A stretch of DNA of 64,000 nt, from contig NC_043008.1 in assembly GCF_006345805.1 (NCBI RefSeq), positions 78,678,001-78,742,000 on the forward strand. The letters run 5' to 3'. Source of the stretch: Octopus sinensis. Lineage: Eukaryota. The position numbers and the translations under genes are program-made. Below are positions 50,865 through 63,344 of this stretch, one piece after another (the first letter of the stretch is position 1; the number at the start of each line of letters is the position of its first letter). The notes beneath the pieces are model-generated. The model saw only the letters and a program-made list of their open reading frames with translations, was not told the origin of the DNA and ran no database searches.

Positions 50865-51350
50865 CAAATTACGATGAACGTGAACAAACAAATGAAGTTT
50901 GCTTTAGAAGCGTTGAGATGTCTTAGAAAGTTAAAGAAGTGATTTTAAATTCTCGAACACAGGATAATGCTAATAATATAGTTTGAACAAGATGAGCTAA
51001 CCCTATTTTGCAGAAAAAAGTGTTGGTGGCTGGCTATAAGACTCAAACTCACACCTCCGTGATTACGCGTCGCGGTGCTCTGAATCATTAAGCTAAACCA
51101 CCCACACCACAAATTGTTCTGCAAATTTAAGATATATAGAAATCTCGCTTTATGAGACGCTATCATACATTAAATTCAAATTATGATGAACATAAACAAA
51201 CAAATGAAGTTTGCTTTAGAAACGTTGAGATGTCTTAGAAAGGTAAAGAAGTGATCTTAAATTCTCAAACGCAGGATAATGCTAATAATATAGCCTGAAC
51301 AGGATAAGCTACCCCTATTTTGCGGAAAAAAGTGCTGGCGGCCAGCTATA
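50861..51350. repeat. ~310-bp tandem unit (1.6 copies) between (TA)n tracts
   Basis: AATTCAAATTA.GATGAAC...GGATAATGCTAATAATATAG...GAAAAAAGTG.TGG.GGC occurs at 50861 and 51172. Confidence 0.85.
51028..51102 (-). pseudogene. tRNA-like sequence (pseudogene or SINE head; anticodon position reads CGT)
   Basis: GGTGGTTTAGCTTAATGATTCAGAGCACCGCGACGCGTAATCACGGAGGTGTGAGTTTGAGTCTTATAGCCAGCC folds into an imperfect cloverleaf with A/B-box-like motifs; T6 follows 8 nt downstream. Confidence 0.45.
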
Positions 51351-51365
51351 TATATATATAACATA

Positions 51366-51399
<34 letters not shown>

Positions 51400-51400
51400 C

Positions 51401-51470
<70 letters not shown>

Positions 51471-51758
51471 CATATATATATATGATGATGATGATATATA
51501 TATATATTAATATATCACTGCTTTGAGGTCCGGATACATTCCAGGCCAGTGTCTGCTATCAAGTTGTCGCTCTAAGTGTGACAACATTTTCCTCTTCTTA
51601 CATCACCATGAAATGGGTTCCACAAGACTAATTTGGATGCTTTCAGTTCAAGGTGGTACATGCAGAGACGATAGTCACAGGTGTCTCTTCCTGTTCTTCA
51701 TACATCTGTTTGTTTTGTACACCACCTGTCTTCGTCTTTTGTCTTTTTCGTAAACTCT

Positions 51759-51828
<70 letters not shown>

Positions 51829-51829
51829 A

Positions 51830-53555
51830 TAGCAGAAGTAACAGCAACAATAGTAGTAATGGCGGTGGTAGTAATGATAACGTTAGTAATTATGCCTTCT
51901 ATAACCTCTCTTCTGATGATACTCCCTCTTCAGTTATCGAACATGATCCTCAAAATTCACCTAATTGTAATTGCCGTCCTGGAACAACCTACCCACTACA
52001 AACCCATTGTAGAAGATACAATGTAATCTACAAATGCACAGTCCTTAACCAATTACACAACTCTACAGCCATATACATAGGATCAACAAAAAATTTTAAC
52101 CAACGATATGCCACTCATCTCCACTCTTTTAGATATGATAAACATAGTAAATCTACAACACTCGCCAACCACATACATCATCTCAAAAATGCAAATATAC
52201 CCTATACTCTATCATGGTCCATGATAGACTTAGGACTTCCCTACCGAGGTCAACGCTCAATCTGCAAGCTTTGCCTGAAGGAGGCACTCCAAATAATAAA
52301 GCACAACTCTCCAACATGGCTTAATAAACATAACAAGGCGTTAAGCAAATGCAACCACCGCTTTTATCACACATTTAAATTCTATCACAAATCCAAATGC
52401 CAAAATGACCACATGGTACATTTCTGCAATAATTCTTAGGTAATCCCATTAACCAATAAATTTACACTCTAACTTATAACCCATATCTAGTTTCCACATA
52501 TGCAAGCATCTGATTATATATGTTTACATATATACGCGCACACACCCATGCATGCGTATATATGTATGAGTGAGGGTATGCATGTATGCATGCGTGTGGG
52601 TATATGTAAACATTTGTACACATGCAAAATATAGATAACTGCATATGTGGGAACGATGATACACGAGGATTGTATTTGTAACTTATCTCTGTAACTTATC
52701 TGATATATAAATGTATATACATCTTCACATAAATATTTTCTCGGAATAATTAACACTACTATTTCCTTAATTCTTAATTCTTCATATATGCCTCACAATT
52801 AAAAGCTACTACTACACTTAGTACTTCCTCTACCTCTTAACCCCACCATTCCTCTATCATTTATACTATTATACCTTTCTCTCTCTATCCCCACTCCTAC
52901 TTTCAAACTATCTCCATTGACCACTGACCAACTTATATCTTAATTTCTCTTTTCTTTTCCTTATTCCCTTTATTCATACCTTCAGGGGTTTCAGGGGTTT
53001 CATTCTTTTATTTTTTACTAATCTTCTTTCTCTTTAATTCTTTCTTTCTCTCCTCCTTTTTCTCTCCCTTTCTTTTTTCTTTTGTCATTCCTCTCTTCCT
53101 GTCTTCAATTTGACCATACACTCCCTATTTCTAAGTCAGTTTAAACACAAACCTTGAATATGCTACACTTTATATAAATTCCCTACTGAGAACGACCAAC
53201 AATGTAAGAGAATCTTACATTGCTTATAAACTCTACATCTGGATGGACTCATATTAAACTCTGTTGGACTTTTGGATTTTACTCAAAGGATATTGGAATA
53301 TTACACATATATACCATTATGCCTATAAAACGGATTTACAAATTCAATAACGATACATATCTTACATCTATTTTCTTTCCTCCACCTCACTCTCTATTTG
53401 TATCACATCGAAACTAACTATGACTTAATTTTTCCTCTCACACCGTCTCTGATGAAGGGATATAATTAATTAATATCCTAGAAACAGGTGTAAGACCTAT
53501 CTATAAATGTTCTAATGTCTATACAGCCTTGGTTTTTTATCTCATTACGCAAAAA

Positions 53556-53560
<5 letters not shown>
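51830..53560 (+). mobile_element. Penelope-like element 3' portion (GIY-YIG ORF end, long 3'UTR, terminal hammerhead) between (TA)n tracts
   Basis: CNCR...PLQTHC...VIYKC...IYIGST...RY..H..SF...TTLANHI...W...CKLCLKE...LNK...KCNH, stop at 52439. Confidence 0.85.
53445..53496 (+). ncRNA. Type I hammerhead ribozyme-like motif at the PLE 3' end
   Basis: GTCT-CTGATGA-A GGGATAT aattaatta ATATCCT A-GAAA-C AGGT G-TA-AGAC. Canonical core, 4-bp helix I, GUA cleavage triplet; an A.A apposition sits at the base of stem II. Confidence 0.65.
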
Positions 53561-53589
<29 letters not shown>

Positions 53590-53976
53590 TAGCTGGATTT
53601 TGAGGTTCTCAGCTTCATCCTGCTATACCTATGCCTACAGTAATCCCTCAACTATCTTGGGTGTTACATTCCACCACCACTACCATCCTATCCCCCCACC
53701 CTGCGATAGGTGAAAATTCGTGAAGTAGAAACAGTATTGTACTGTATATTTTTTATTATTTTTATAATTTGTATGTATTTATTTTATTATAAATGCAAAA
53801 CAACACCTACACACTAGGATTTTCATAAGTCTGCTAAATCAATGATATTTTTGTGCCAAACTCAATATATGCTCTTGCATCAATTGGATTTCTTGACCAA
53901 AGTCTTTTTGCCACTAACAAATGCTGCTAAAAGATAAAGGTAATAAAATCTCAGCAATATTTATAACAAAGCTCAC

Positions 53977-54053
53977 CTGCTTTTACCTGACATATTTGAT
54001 TTTGTATATTTTGAATCCATTGCATTCTGCATCATTTGTTTGTTACACCATGC
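53977..54053 (-). CDS. Penultimate coding exon of the M13 peptidase homolog
   Basis: ctactccag acceptor, gtgagc donor, 77 bp: AWCNKQMMQNAMDSKYTKSNMSGKS+AG. Phases 0/2 fit both neighbouring exons. Confidence 0.88.
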
Positions 54054-54824
54054 CTGGAGTAGAAATAGAAATTTATATGTCAGTTGGTTAAGACAAACTG
54101 GTTGGAAATACTTTTGATGAATGGGGACAGCTCATATTTTGATTACCTAAATTCTATAAGTCTAAAGATTACTGAACTAGTGTGAAAGATGGTAACAGCT
54201 ATGTCAGTTTTAAGACTCCAGCCTGAATTACAATTCACCAAAGGGAATGTTTTCATCTCTTAGCCAAAGTTGTAGAATGTAGTGAAAATCTGTTCTAATT
54301 AAAAGAAGTTTAATCCTTAGCTATATACTACATTTGCATTTACAACCAATTTACTAGTTGGTAAAATATTCTTTATATATGAGAACGTTTATTTGATGTT
54401 TTATATTTAAATTGCTCTATGATGAGAAATATGTGTCACTAAATGCAAAATGTCTATTTTCCCTTAATCTTTTATTTTTTTAAATCTATATATTAAATCT
54501 AAAATCAGAGAGTCTATAGAAAATTAAGAACTTCCTATTCAAACTTTTCTGAAAAAAGCCACTCCAGTTAGATGGAATATACATGTTGTCTATGTCTGAT
54601 TATTTTTTTATGTATTTTTTGTCAATCAAAGTTTATTGCTTTATCAACAACATTCATGAAAATGCATGCCAATGCATATCATATGACCTTTTAAAATCAT
54701 GATCTGCCTGTAAAGAATCAAATAAATATTTAATTATATTTTCTGCATTTCATTAAATTTATTGGTGCGTTTATTAATTATATGTTGTTTCATAATATAT
54801 TTCATGAAAGTGAGGTTAAGGAAA

Positions 54825-55522
54825 TATGCTGTGCTTGAGAAGACCCAGCAAGCCAAATGAGACCATAACCTCGTGGCCTGTGCCAGGAACGCAACCAGCC
54901 CACTTGTGCATACCTTTTCCTTCTTTGGACACTAAACTCTGCTTGCGAAGACCTGTTGAGGCAAGTGAAATCAAAATGAAAATCAAAGTGAAATTCGATG
55001 ACAGGCACAAGCACCATACTAGCATGATCGTTGACAGAGTGGCCAACCAACTTCCGTGCCTATGGCACATAAAAGGCATCATTCGAGTGTGATCGTTGCC
55101 AGCTTCGCCTTACTGGCACTTGTGCCCCATGCTAGTAGGGTGCTAAGAGCACCATCCAAGCGTGATCGCTGCCAGAGCGGCTAACTGGTTTCTGAGCCGG
55201 TTGGCATGTAGGAGGCACCATTTGAGCGGGATCGTTACCAGCATCGCCTTACTGGCACCTGTGCCGGTGGCATGTGTAAAAAATTCGAGCGAGGTCGTTG
55301 CCAGTACTGCCTGACTGGCCCCCGTGCTGGTGGCCCGTAAAAGCACCCACTACACTCTCGGAGTGGTTGGCGTTAGGAAGGGCATCCAGCAGTAGAAACT
55401 CTGCCAGATCAAGACTGGAACCTGGTGCAGTCATCTGGTTTGCCAGCCCACAGTCGAACCTTCCAACCCATGCTAGCATGGAAAGCAGATGTTAAATGAT
55501 GATGATGATGATGATGATGATA
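54825..55522 (+). mobile_element. RTE LINE 3' fragment (ORF2 end, repeat-containing 3'UTR, (GAT)n tail)
   Basis: YAVLEKT.QAK* end, repeated TGCCAG...CTGGCA units and the conserved terminal segment shared with 47196 and 63060. Confidence 0.8.
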
Positions 55523-55529
55523 TATATTT

Positions 55530-55905
55530 ATATATATTGAGTCATCCTATAAATAATACGGTTTTTTCAATTGCATGAACTAAAAGTTAGAGGGGGATGG
55601 AATAATCTCCCTGCATCAACTTGCTATAAGAGCAGGTAATAATTTTACCTTGTACTTATTCTATGTGAAAGTTTTGAAGAGTGCCGTTTGATTTTCATAG
55701 TTATTTTTTCAAAACTATAAGGGAAGTGACAAAGGAGCATATTTGGCATATTTTGCTTTATGAGTTCAATAAAGGCAACAATGCAACAGAAAGTGCAGTA
55801 TAAGGAGATCAGACAATAAGCATAAGCCAGTGTCAGTAGCAGCTCCAGAAATTCTGAGCTGGTAACTACAGCCTAGAAGATGAGCCTCATCCTGAAAATT
55901 GTAAT
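55530..55905 (+). mobile_element. Mariner transposon 5' fragment (HTH region)
   Basis: KEHIWHILLYEFNKGNNATESA...GDQTISISQCQ..LQKF.AGNYSLEDEP, a Mos1-like N-terminus. Confidence 0.75.
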
Positions 55906-56360
55906 TTGCTTGAGAAATTACTCGTATGTATCTCAAAATTTCGTTTGTTATTTGAAAAATATTTAATTTGTATTGTGCTGTTTATCACATTAAATGCATA
56001 TTGAATGCTTAAAACAATAAAATGTGTCGTTTACTCGTTTTTTAGTGGGGAAGGGGTCATTAAGGTGGTCGTGAGATGTACTAAAATAACAATTTTAATT
56101 TTAATATTTCTAATATATGTATTTTTCTGGATGGTGTAATTTGGTTTTGTTGTTCATTTTGAATTGATAAATAGACCTTAAATCTAAATAGACCTTAAAT
56201 CACGTACTCTCAAATTTTAAAGCTAAATAGACCTTAAATCACGTACTCTCAAATTTTTTTTTTTTTGCATAATCATATGGATTTGCCTGTGTAGAATACA
56301 AATTCACCAAAATTTTGTGAAAGCTCCAAAAATTAAAAAAAAGTTTTGAGGGGTTAAATG

Positions 56361-56769
56361 GGATCTTTTCGGTTTGAACAGCAGTTTTTTCTAGCGGTGT
56401 CATATGAAATTGTCACCCATAATTATGACCCTAGAATCGATCTATTGCATTTCAATCTCTTTTAGGGTTAGGGGTGGGGGAAGGGTATCTTTTTTCTTCA
56501 CAAATGTAAATAAACCCAATCAGTTTCTTAAACGAGGGACATATTTATACAGCACAGAATGCTTTTTAACTCAATAGACATCACTGATTGGTTGAAATTG
56601 CAGAAATTGAAGACAAAAAACAACAAATATCTTACAAACTATAGAATTTTCTGAATAAAGCCAAGAGAAAAGGATGTTTTATAAACACATTCTACCAGTA
56701 TACAAAGTTTTAAATTTTTTAGTTACCTAGAAACTATGTTAAAAACTGCCGTTCAAACCAAAAAGATCC
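56361..56769. mobile_element. MITE 4 (GG...CC ends, 29-bp TIRs, 8-bp TSD; Merlin-like)
   Basis: GGATCTTTTCGGTTTGAACAGCAGTTTTT and AAAAACTGCCGTTCAAACCAAAAAGATCC; TSD GTTAAATG at 56353-56360 and 56770-56777. Confidence 0.88.
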
Positions 56770-57263
56770 GTTAAATGTTGTGTATAAAGCAGAATTCCAC
56801 CAGTATTTCATTTGTTTACAGTTTCAGATTAAAACATGTGCCATTTTCAGAATGTTAACAAAATGACAACTTTCAAATCTTGTTTTCGGACTGGGTAAAA
56901 ATTATCAAACTTTAAACCTCTAAAATTTTTTTTCAAATTTTTCTGAAAAAAGTGAAATATCTCCTGAGATTCAGCAAGGAAAATTACATTAATAGACCAA
57001 ACTTTAAAATTTTCAATAAACTTTGAAATTTCCACAGGTGTATCCAAATAGAAAAGATCCCACTATTAATCTTAACCTTTTTTAGTAAGTCATATCTCTT
57101 ATTTAATAACGTAGTTGTGGTAGAATAAACAAATGACAAAATAATCTAGCCTTACTTTACTTAATGTCACCTCACTTCAACTTAAGACAAGCTGAGCAAC
57201 AAAGTTTTAATAACCATAAAAAACAACTAAAGATAAGTGAGAATATATTAACATATATCGTAC

Positions 57264-57362
57264 ATGAGCATAACTAACAAAAAACAGTTGCTGACTGGTA
57301 AAATTCATTCCAGGTAATCTCAGTGGTTCCAAGTTGAATTCTTGCATCATTTTGTGATATGC
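57264..57362 (-). CDS. Internal coding exon of the M13 peptidase homolog
   Basis: ttcttcag acceptor, gtacga donor, 99 bp: AYHKMMQEFNLEPLRLPGMNFTSQQLFFVSYAH (M13 LPG...QLFF motif). Confidence 0.92.
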
Positions 57363-58248
57363 CTGAAGAATAAATTAACTTCATTTAAAAAGATACAAAT
57401 CAATTTTTAGGCGAAGGGTTAGTACACTAAAATGTCTCTTATTTTATATTTCCCAGCTGCCTGAAATCTCAGTTAGGTTTGAAGTTAAAATACAAGATAT
57501 AATATTACTGGAAATACAATTAGTCTGGCATTTATATTTTTGGCTATATCTTTCACTACTATAATACAGTAAATTTTGAATATACTTTCATTATATTTAA
57601 AAGTATCTGAAAATAATTGTGCAACGTTTTAGATACTTCTTAACATTGATTTATATTTCAATATCATTCACAAATGTTAGTTTAAAATTGCATAATCACG
57701 AGAGACACATTAGAACAAATATAAGTATCTTAAAATATTCCACAGATACATTACAAACTTATTCAAACTGGACTCTAGCAATGCTTTAAAAAGTTAATTT
57801 AAATATCCAAATTAATTAGATACTCCAATCATTATATTATAGAATATTATTAGAATATTATAAATAACAGCTAGTATAAAGGCATTAAAGCATTTCAAAA
57901 TAAATGTTATTATACATATTAACATGTTCTTTGAAGCAATAGAGCACTGCTTTTTTGATACAGAGGAATGTCAGTTGTTCTTTAGCATAATCAGTTACAA
58001 GAGTCTAGAAACTTTAGTTTAATGTTGTACTTTAGAACTAGTATTTTATCTGATGTTCCTTCTTTGTAGAAAGTGGTTTTAAAAATTATTATCTACAAAT
58101 GAAAAAGAATAGATAAGATATACTATATCTCAATCTAGAACAATCATGCAGGAAACCTTTGATTTTCAGAGATAAACTATAAAGTTTAGGTGTTTTACAA
58201 AGCAATTAAAAAAATGATTCATTTGTATTTTACAATCTTACTTCTTAC

Positions 58249-58314
58249 CTGAAGGGCTATTTTGAGTCCACCAATATCAGCACTACTTTCTAAGATATCT
58301 TGTGGAAGTAATTC
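58249..58314 (-). CDS. Internal coding exon of the M13 peptidase homolog carrying the ExxxD motif
   Basis: tttcacag acceptor, gtaaga donor, 66 bp: ELLPQDILESSADIGGLKIALQ (cf. ENIADNGG). Confidence 0.88.
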
Positions 58315-59359
58315 CTGTGAAATGACAGAACAAGTTATAAGGTAGAAAACAACTAAGGAAGTTTTGTATAAAGTAATTTGTAAATACAGGATAAAGAAAA
58401 TGATAAGTTTATACCATATAAAATCAATCTACTTACTTTTTGGTTTGTTAGCTAATTGAGTCAATAACTTAGTGAACAAACAGGCAAATTTGAAGCTTCT
58501 TCTCTACACATACAGAATTTGGAGAGTCACTTTTTTTTTGCTTCTATGCATCTTAGTTTGTCTATTTCATTGGAATGGGTACCAAGTCGTATATGAATGT
58601 TTCTGAGTTAAGGAGTTAATAGATTTATATTTGTTGTATCTTGAGAGAGTCATTACACCAATAATATTAACACACACACAAGTTCAACTTCACTTCTTTA
58701 TTGATAGTCAATTGGTTAAATATCTAACCAAGTAACTTATCAGCCATTTGTTTAATGAATGGATTGGTTGCTTGTTTGTCAGTCAGTTTTTTCATTGTTG
58801 TTCACAGCCTTTCCATTAACTCAATGACTTCCCTTCTGCTGAAAAGCAGATTTTGGAGTGAGCAGGAAGGAAGTCACTGACCTATACTAATAGACAGATT
58901 AACACTAATAAACAAGCTTATATGGGTAGTTTCACTTACACTGATAGCAGATACTGATATGCTCTTACAGATCACCCTCTTCAACTGTCTACATATTGAT
59001 AATTTCCTCTCAGTTATCATTACAATAGTATTTCTGTTACTCCCAGATGATTAACTCTAAATCATTTCAATGTATTGGCTACTTTCTCAACTTTCAATAT
59101 TATACACTACAGTTATTTCTGAATTATACACCACCTAGTCCCTCTAAGTACAACTACAGTCCCCTGATACTTTATTTTTTCCTCCAATTACCAATCTTCA
59201 ATAATACCAAACTAAATTTTAAATGTATTAATGACATTCAGATGAGTACCTATAAAAACTACAGGCATCATTCTACCTGCCAGGACAAATGGATAGCTAA
59301 AATTAATTACTGATGATTAGACTGAGAGAACATTTTCATCTTGAACACATGCATACATG

Positions 59360-59361
59360 CA

Positions 59362-59429
<68 letters not shown>
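59360..59429. repeat. (CA)n microsatellite
   Basis: Directly visible. Confidence 0.95.
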
Positions 59430-59431
<2 letters not shown>

Positions 59432-59689
59432 TTAACTTTAGACATTCATTCATTCAACCAAGAACAATGTCATTAAATAACTAATTTAGTTTATAAAAAT
59501 AAAATATAAAAATTACCATACTAATTCCAAATTTTTTGAAAATTTGAAATCTGCATAAAAAACCAAACATAAATAATGAGTATATTTATCTACTAAAATT
59601 GATGATGCCAAAGATCAAAAACTGCAGACAAGAATTCTACATGATGCTTAATAGATAACTAAAGAATAAAAACTACAGATAATAATTCT

Positions 59690-60520
59690 ATGTAATGCTC
59701 AATAAAAACTTATATACTTTATGTTGCAGGAATTAGAATGATTATAAAATCTAGATTTCCAACTAGTAGCAGGAGAACCAATATACCAATACTTACAATG
59801 TCTAGTTATTACTTCACACTGATATACTATATTCTTCTTTAAACACTGATTTCCTAAAGGGTATCGAGTTTTGTTTACACAATACACATGGGTTTGATCA
59901 CTTGTAAATTGCCTTCATAGTTATAATAATTTCTACTAGCACCTGTCTGTAAAATAGGTGTTATGGTTGGATCATAATAATTATTATTATTATTAGAATT
60001 AATATTAATACAAAGTAAAAGACTAACAATATTATCAGCAGTTTGATCAAATATAGAATCTAAATCTTGTTCTGAATGACTATCAATAAGGTTAATTTCA
60101 CTATATATATTATCAGTTCTACAATTATTTATAGATATAGATTTTAGATATTCTCTAATTATTTTGTGCTACAATAATCTCAGCTAAATTTCTAGTGGTT
60201 GAATATGAAAACTTAACACTATGCTTATTAAATAATTTCCTATATTTACTTGAAGGTGGGAAATACCTATCTAGTGCTGCAAAGAATTTACAAGAGATAT
60301 TAGAAGCTATTGAATATGAAAATGGAGCATTATACCATTCAACCACTAGAAATTTCTCTAGCTTTTAATCACTCACCATTCTCTTATCTAACTTGTAATA
60401 CTAACATGCTTATATGTGATGCTAACATGTATTTTGAGTTAAAATAACTGTTTCGACTTATAATTCTTAAAATTTTTCAATTTGATCATTTCCACACTTT
60501 GCTATAATCCTCGCCTCACT
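59690..60520 (-). mobile_element. Penelope-like element fragment (linker + GIY-YIG)
   Basis: EWYNAPFS...FNKHSVKFSYSTTRNL and YC...YPLGNQCLKKNIVYQC...WYIGS...WKSRFYNH. Confidence 0.75.
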
Positions 60521-60699
60521 AAAGGCCTCAAGTCCCTTACTGCCACTTCTCTCTCTCCCTCTTCTAACGTGTATTTTGAGCTAAAATAACTTCTCTGGCC
60601 TATTATTCTTTAAATTTTTCAGTAACTTTTCAAATCGTTTTACATACTCCTTGTGTTTCTATACTTTCCTACGATCTTCGCTTCACTAAAGACCTCAAG

Positions 60700-60870
<171 letters not shown>

Positions 60871-60959
60871 TCTTGTATGTGAGGCAAAACTGGCCGTTGC
60901 TTGACCACTTCTGGTTATAAACCTTCTGGTCTTCTGAAGTCTCACATTCTTGCTCTGCT

Positions 60960-63250
60960 GTAGACCTAGGGTAACATGGTGGTGGAACAATGAGGTAGAC
61001 AGGGCCATTAGAGCTAAGAAACAGGCTAGGAAGGCCTGAAAGAATGGTGGGTATCAGGGAACTGTATCAGATTGCCAGAAGGATGCTAGGAGATAAGTAT
61101 ATCTAGCCAAGGGAGAAGCAGAAAAGAAGTTTGCCTATGTTCAGCAACATGAAGACCAAAGAACTGAAGTGTTTCAGATTGCAAGACAGTGTGTAAGAGA
61201 AAATCGTGATATCATAGGAGAGAAATGTGCCTGTATGGATGATGGTGCACTTACATGTAATGATTCTGCAAAGAAAAAGGCTCAGAAATACCATTATGGA
61301 AAGACTGCTGAACGTAGAGAATGAGCGGGAGGAGAAGAGTCAGCCAAATGTTGACCTAATTGAGGGACCGACAACTCAAATCGACAGTTCCATGTAGGTA
61401 AAGCAATTAAACATATGAAGACAGGAAGAGTCCTTGACCCATTAGAAATCTCCACTGAGATGCTTTAAATATCTGGCTGTGTGGGTTATGGACCAGTCAC
61501 CCATATTGTAAATCAGGTGGTTCATGAAGGAGTCATATCCAGTGACTGGTGTAGCAGTACCATAGTCAACTGCTACAAAGGTAGAGGTGATGCCTTATAT
61601 AGAAATAATTACAGAGGTTTCAAATTGTGGGATCAGGCGACGAAAGTTTTAGAAAGAGTCATAGACTAACTAATTACAGAGAGACTTAGCTTAGATGAAA
61701 TGCAGTTTGGTTTTGTGCCAAGGAGAAGCACCACTGATGCTATATTTCTGGTAAGGCAGCTGCAGGAGAAATACATAGCTAAAGATAAATCTCTGTACTT
61801 GGCCTTTGTTGACTTTGATAAAATCTTTGAAAGAGTCCCCTGATCCCTTATCTGGTGATCTATGTGGAAACTAGGGATAGACAAGTGGTTGGTAAGAGCT
61901 GTACAAGCTATCTACAGGGATGCTGTTAGTAAGGTGAGGGTTGGCAATGAGTACAGCAAAGAATTCAGGGTTCAAGTAGGGTTTCACCAAGGATCGGTGC
62001 TCAGCTTTAAATATCTGGCGGTGTGGGTTATGTGGGTTATATTGTTAATCAGGTGGTTCACAAAAGAGTCATAGCCAATGACTGGTGCAGCAGCACCATA
62101 GTCAACTGCTACAAAAGTAGAGATGATCCTCTTGTTCATCATAGTCCTCCAGGCAATAACAGAAGAATTCAAGACAGGCTGCCCCTGAAGCTCCTCTATG
62201 ATGATGACCTTGTTCTTATTGCTGAATCAAGTGACCAAGTTAGTAGTGGAGGTGGATGCTCCAAGAGTGTAACTGAGAATAAGATTAGGATGGGCAAAGT
62301 TCAGAGAGAACCAACTCATGCTGGCAACAATGGGCCACACTCTCAGAGTGACAGGCAGATTGTATGATGCTTATGTGTGAACAACCATGCTGCATGGCAG
62401 TGAAACATGGGCTGTGACTGCCAAGGATATGCATAGGCTTGAAAGAAATGAAGCCAATATGCTTCGCTGAATGTGCAATGTCAATGTGCATGTTTGACAG
62501 AGTGTAAGCATCTTGAGAGAAAAGTTAGATATAAGGGGCATCAGATGGGGTGTGCAAGGGAAACGAATGAGCTGGTATGGTCAAATGATGCATCTAGATG
62601 AGGACAGCTGTGTAAAGAAGTGCCAATCTTTAACTGTGAAGGGAATCTGTGGTAGAGGTAGACCCAGGAAGACATGGGACGCAGTGGTGAAGCATGAACT
62701 TCAAACTTTGAGGCTTGCAGAGGTAATGACAAGTGACCAAGACCTTTGGTGATGTGTTGTGCTTGAGAGGACCCGTCAAATCACGTGCACCTGTGCTGAT
62801 GGCACATAAAGAACACCTTTCAAACGTTGGGCCTCACGGAAGCAAAGTGGCTCAGTTCCTTATGAAGTCAAAGTGGCTGAGCTCCTTTCAAGTGCTGGGC
62901 CTCATGGAGGCAATGACTGAGACCTGTGGCATTATGTCATGCTTGAGAAGAAGACCCATCAAGCCAAGCAAAATCACAGTTGTGACAGATACCAGCATCA
63001 TGCAAATTAGTACCCATGCAAGTGGAACATAAAAGCACGCCGGTATCACGCAAATGGCATCCATGCCAGTGGTACGTAAAAGCACCCATTACACTCTCAG
63101 AGTGGTTGGCATTAGGAAGGGCATCAAGGCATAAAAAAATCATGCCAAATCAGACTGGAGTCTGGTGCAGCCTTCCAGCCCAGTCACACTGTCCAACCCA
63201 TGCCTGCATGGACAACCAACGTTAAATGATGATGATGATGATGATGATAT
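60960..63250 (+). mobile_element. Degraded RTE-clade LINE (linker, RT, 3'UTR, (GAT)n tail)
   Basis: TWWWNNEV, NNYRGFKL, MQFGFVPRRSTTDAIFLVRQLQEKY, GFHQGSVLS, LLYDDDLVLIAE, GRGRPRKTW. Confidence 0.88.
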
Positions 63251-63344
63251 ATATATATATATATTATATATATATATATATACTTCGTTTTTGTGTCTGA
63301 TTTGCAAGATTCTTTATGTGAATTCATGTGTTGAAACAAATTTT

